The notes below the pieces were generated by a model. The model was not told the DNA's origin. It saw nothing but the letters and a program-made list of their open reading frames with translations, and searched no databases. Of a DNA stretch of 64,000 bases, positions 62,401 to 64,000 are shown one piece after another. The stretch lies in the NCBI GenBank assembly GCA_949358305.1, contig OX442314.1, forward strand, positions 21,948,001 through 22,012,000. The letters are read 5' to 3'. Source of the DNA: Strigamia acuminata. Its lineage: Eukaryota. Numbering within the stretch: the first letter of the stretch is position 1; every line of letters begins with the position of its first letter. The position numbers and the translations under genes are program-made.

Positions 62401-64000
62401 TCAAACTATACTTTCACTGTTGGGTCTTTTTCTAATGGCACTCTTACTGTTAGCCGAGTGGTTTCGACCAATTGGCGTTGGGTCATTGCTGAACCTGATG
62501 GAACGTGGATTGTTGTAGCGGAACAATTCCACTCGGGCTCTTACAAATTCCTGTTGCACTATCAGTTCGTTGATCACATAACTCTCTTGACGGATTGTTT
62601 CTTTCAGCTGTTTAGATTCATCAGGTATTAGCCAGCGAAGTAATGTGATAACAAAAACAATAACATTCTGAAATAACAATAAAATGAGTTGATTTATTTC
62701 CATTTTTTTTCCAATCAATCACTTACCTCGAAGACAACAACGAATGCTAATCTAGCAGCTAACACGTGCCAAAAATAATGTGTGTACGAATACTCGTGTC
62801 GTGCTCCATAAGGTTTTCTATAATCCTCATACCTGCAAACGTATAAAGTGTCGGGCAAATGTAATCACTTATAAATAATTAAGGCAACGTCAGCTGCCGG
62901 GAGAAAATAACAATAGACCGAGTCCCTTGTAAATTATACAGGGTGTATCAGAATTCATGTTACACAGAACTAAGGGGTATAGAGGGCGACCAGGAGATCA
63001 CATTTCCACTAATCAAAAATTCCAAAAAAAATTTCCCACTTTGTTACAACCTCAAAAACAATGGAAGATTTCAAATATCGCGTCAAATTCTCAAATAAAA
63101 AGATACAAACCTCTCATTTTAATGTTAAAGAATCAGGAAAAAAACCCAAAAATCCGGGAAAACTAAAATGAATCATTTATGTAAAATATTAATTTCCTTA
63201 GATTATTTACCAAGTTGTGCATTTGAACATGTCGAGCATTTCTTGTAATAAACTTCTGCTGTTGGCTACCGATTGTGTCTTTTTATTTGAAAATTACGCT
63301 TTAACCTGGCAAATGTGGGCGATATGCGTGACGCCCGATATTTGAAATCTTACATTGTTTTTGGGTTGTAACAAAATGAGAATTTTTTTTTGGAATTATT
63401 GATTAGTGGAAACGTGATCTCCTGGTCCCTCTCTATACCCCCTATTTCTGTGTAACATGAATTCTGATACACCCTGTATATGTCAATCGAAGCATTTTCT
63501 CCTGTCAATAGACGTTTCCAAAGGTTAACTAACCGGCAAACTTCAACTCCAATATTTTCTGGATCGCGCGGTCTATCATGTTTCGTAAAGTTGTTAACAA
63601 GAAAATACGACAAACTGTGATTCACAAATCCGTGCAAGGTTCCATTTTCATTTTGGAAATTCATATAAACCATTCGAGGGATAAAGTTTGACGTGAAGGC
63701 AATTATAAATGCCTGCGTCACATTGAATGAGTTTTGAGTATTAAGTTATACGCAATGACTTATCTTATTAACTTACGTTTGTAATGACAGCCAATTTCCC
63801 AATGCTGTCGAGTATTCTATACCAAACGCCTTGATTGAAAACATTGAAAGAAATGTTTACAACGTATGCACATGTTATTTCAATATTAAAATCTACTTAC
63901 CAATGTTTTTTACTCTCCGTCCGATAGGTCTTTGGTAGTAAGTTAAAATTTTTTTGGCATCTAGTCTCATTTCGAACATATTATTCAAAAGTGCAAACAA
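62401..64000 (-). CDS. Anoctamin/TMEM16 family, 3' exons; gene begins right of the window
   Basis: NNMFEMRLDAKK, IGVWYRIL, AVITNAFIIAFTSNFIPR, CRYEDYR, WHVLAARLAFVVVFE, WLIPD. Confidence 0.95.
62939..63476. mobile_element. Tc1/mariner-type MITE in an anoctamin intron
   Basis: TIR cagggtgtatcagaattcatgttacacagaa at both ends, flanked by TA. Confidence 0.92.

Overview
AT-rich, gene-dense eukaryotic DNA with short (about 55-70 nt) introns, probably from an arthropod (inferred from TTAGG-type repeats and gene content; species not identifiable). From left to right it holds: three tandem acid-lipase (LIPA/Lip3-type) genes, with two orphan secreted 8-Cys genes between the first and second; a 5-kb tandem duplication whose second copy is inflated by MITEs and a 4.83-kb foldback/Mutator-type transposon; a mitochondrial-clan P450; beta-COP; a PDGF/VEGF-like gene; NAF1; an orphan membrane-protein gene; six CYP2-clan P450s interrupted by a LINE and a stray two-exon GBF1 fragment; Cdc37; and the 3' half of an anoctamin. 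The most unusual object is the foldback element (11298-16127, 9-bp TSD, arms of 135-bp tandem units). It carries an open five-exon 526-aa gene with a USP-type Cys/His protease signature and no recognisable DDE transposase core. Also notable are a PDGF/VEGF-like gene with an optional polybasic tail exon, an orphan minus-strand first exon with an RFX X-box that may mark a host gene for the left 21 kb, and P450s with degenerate catalytic motifs. All exon models were assembled by eye and family calls come from motif recognition, not database searches.
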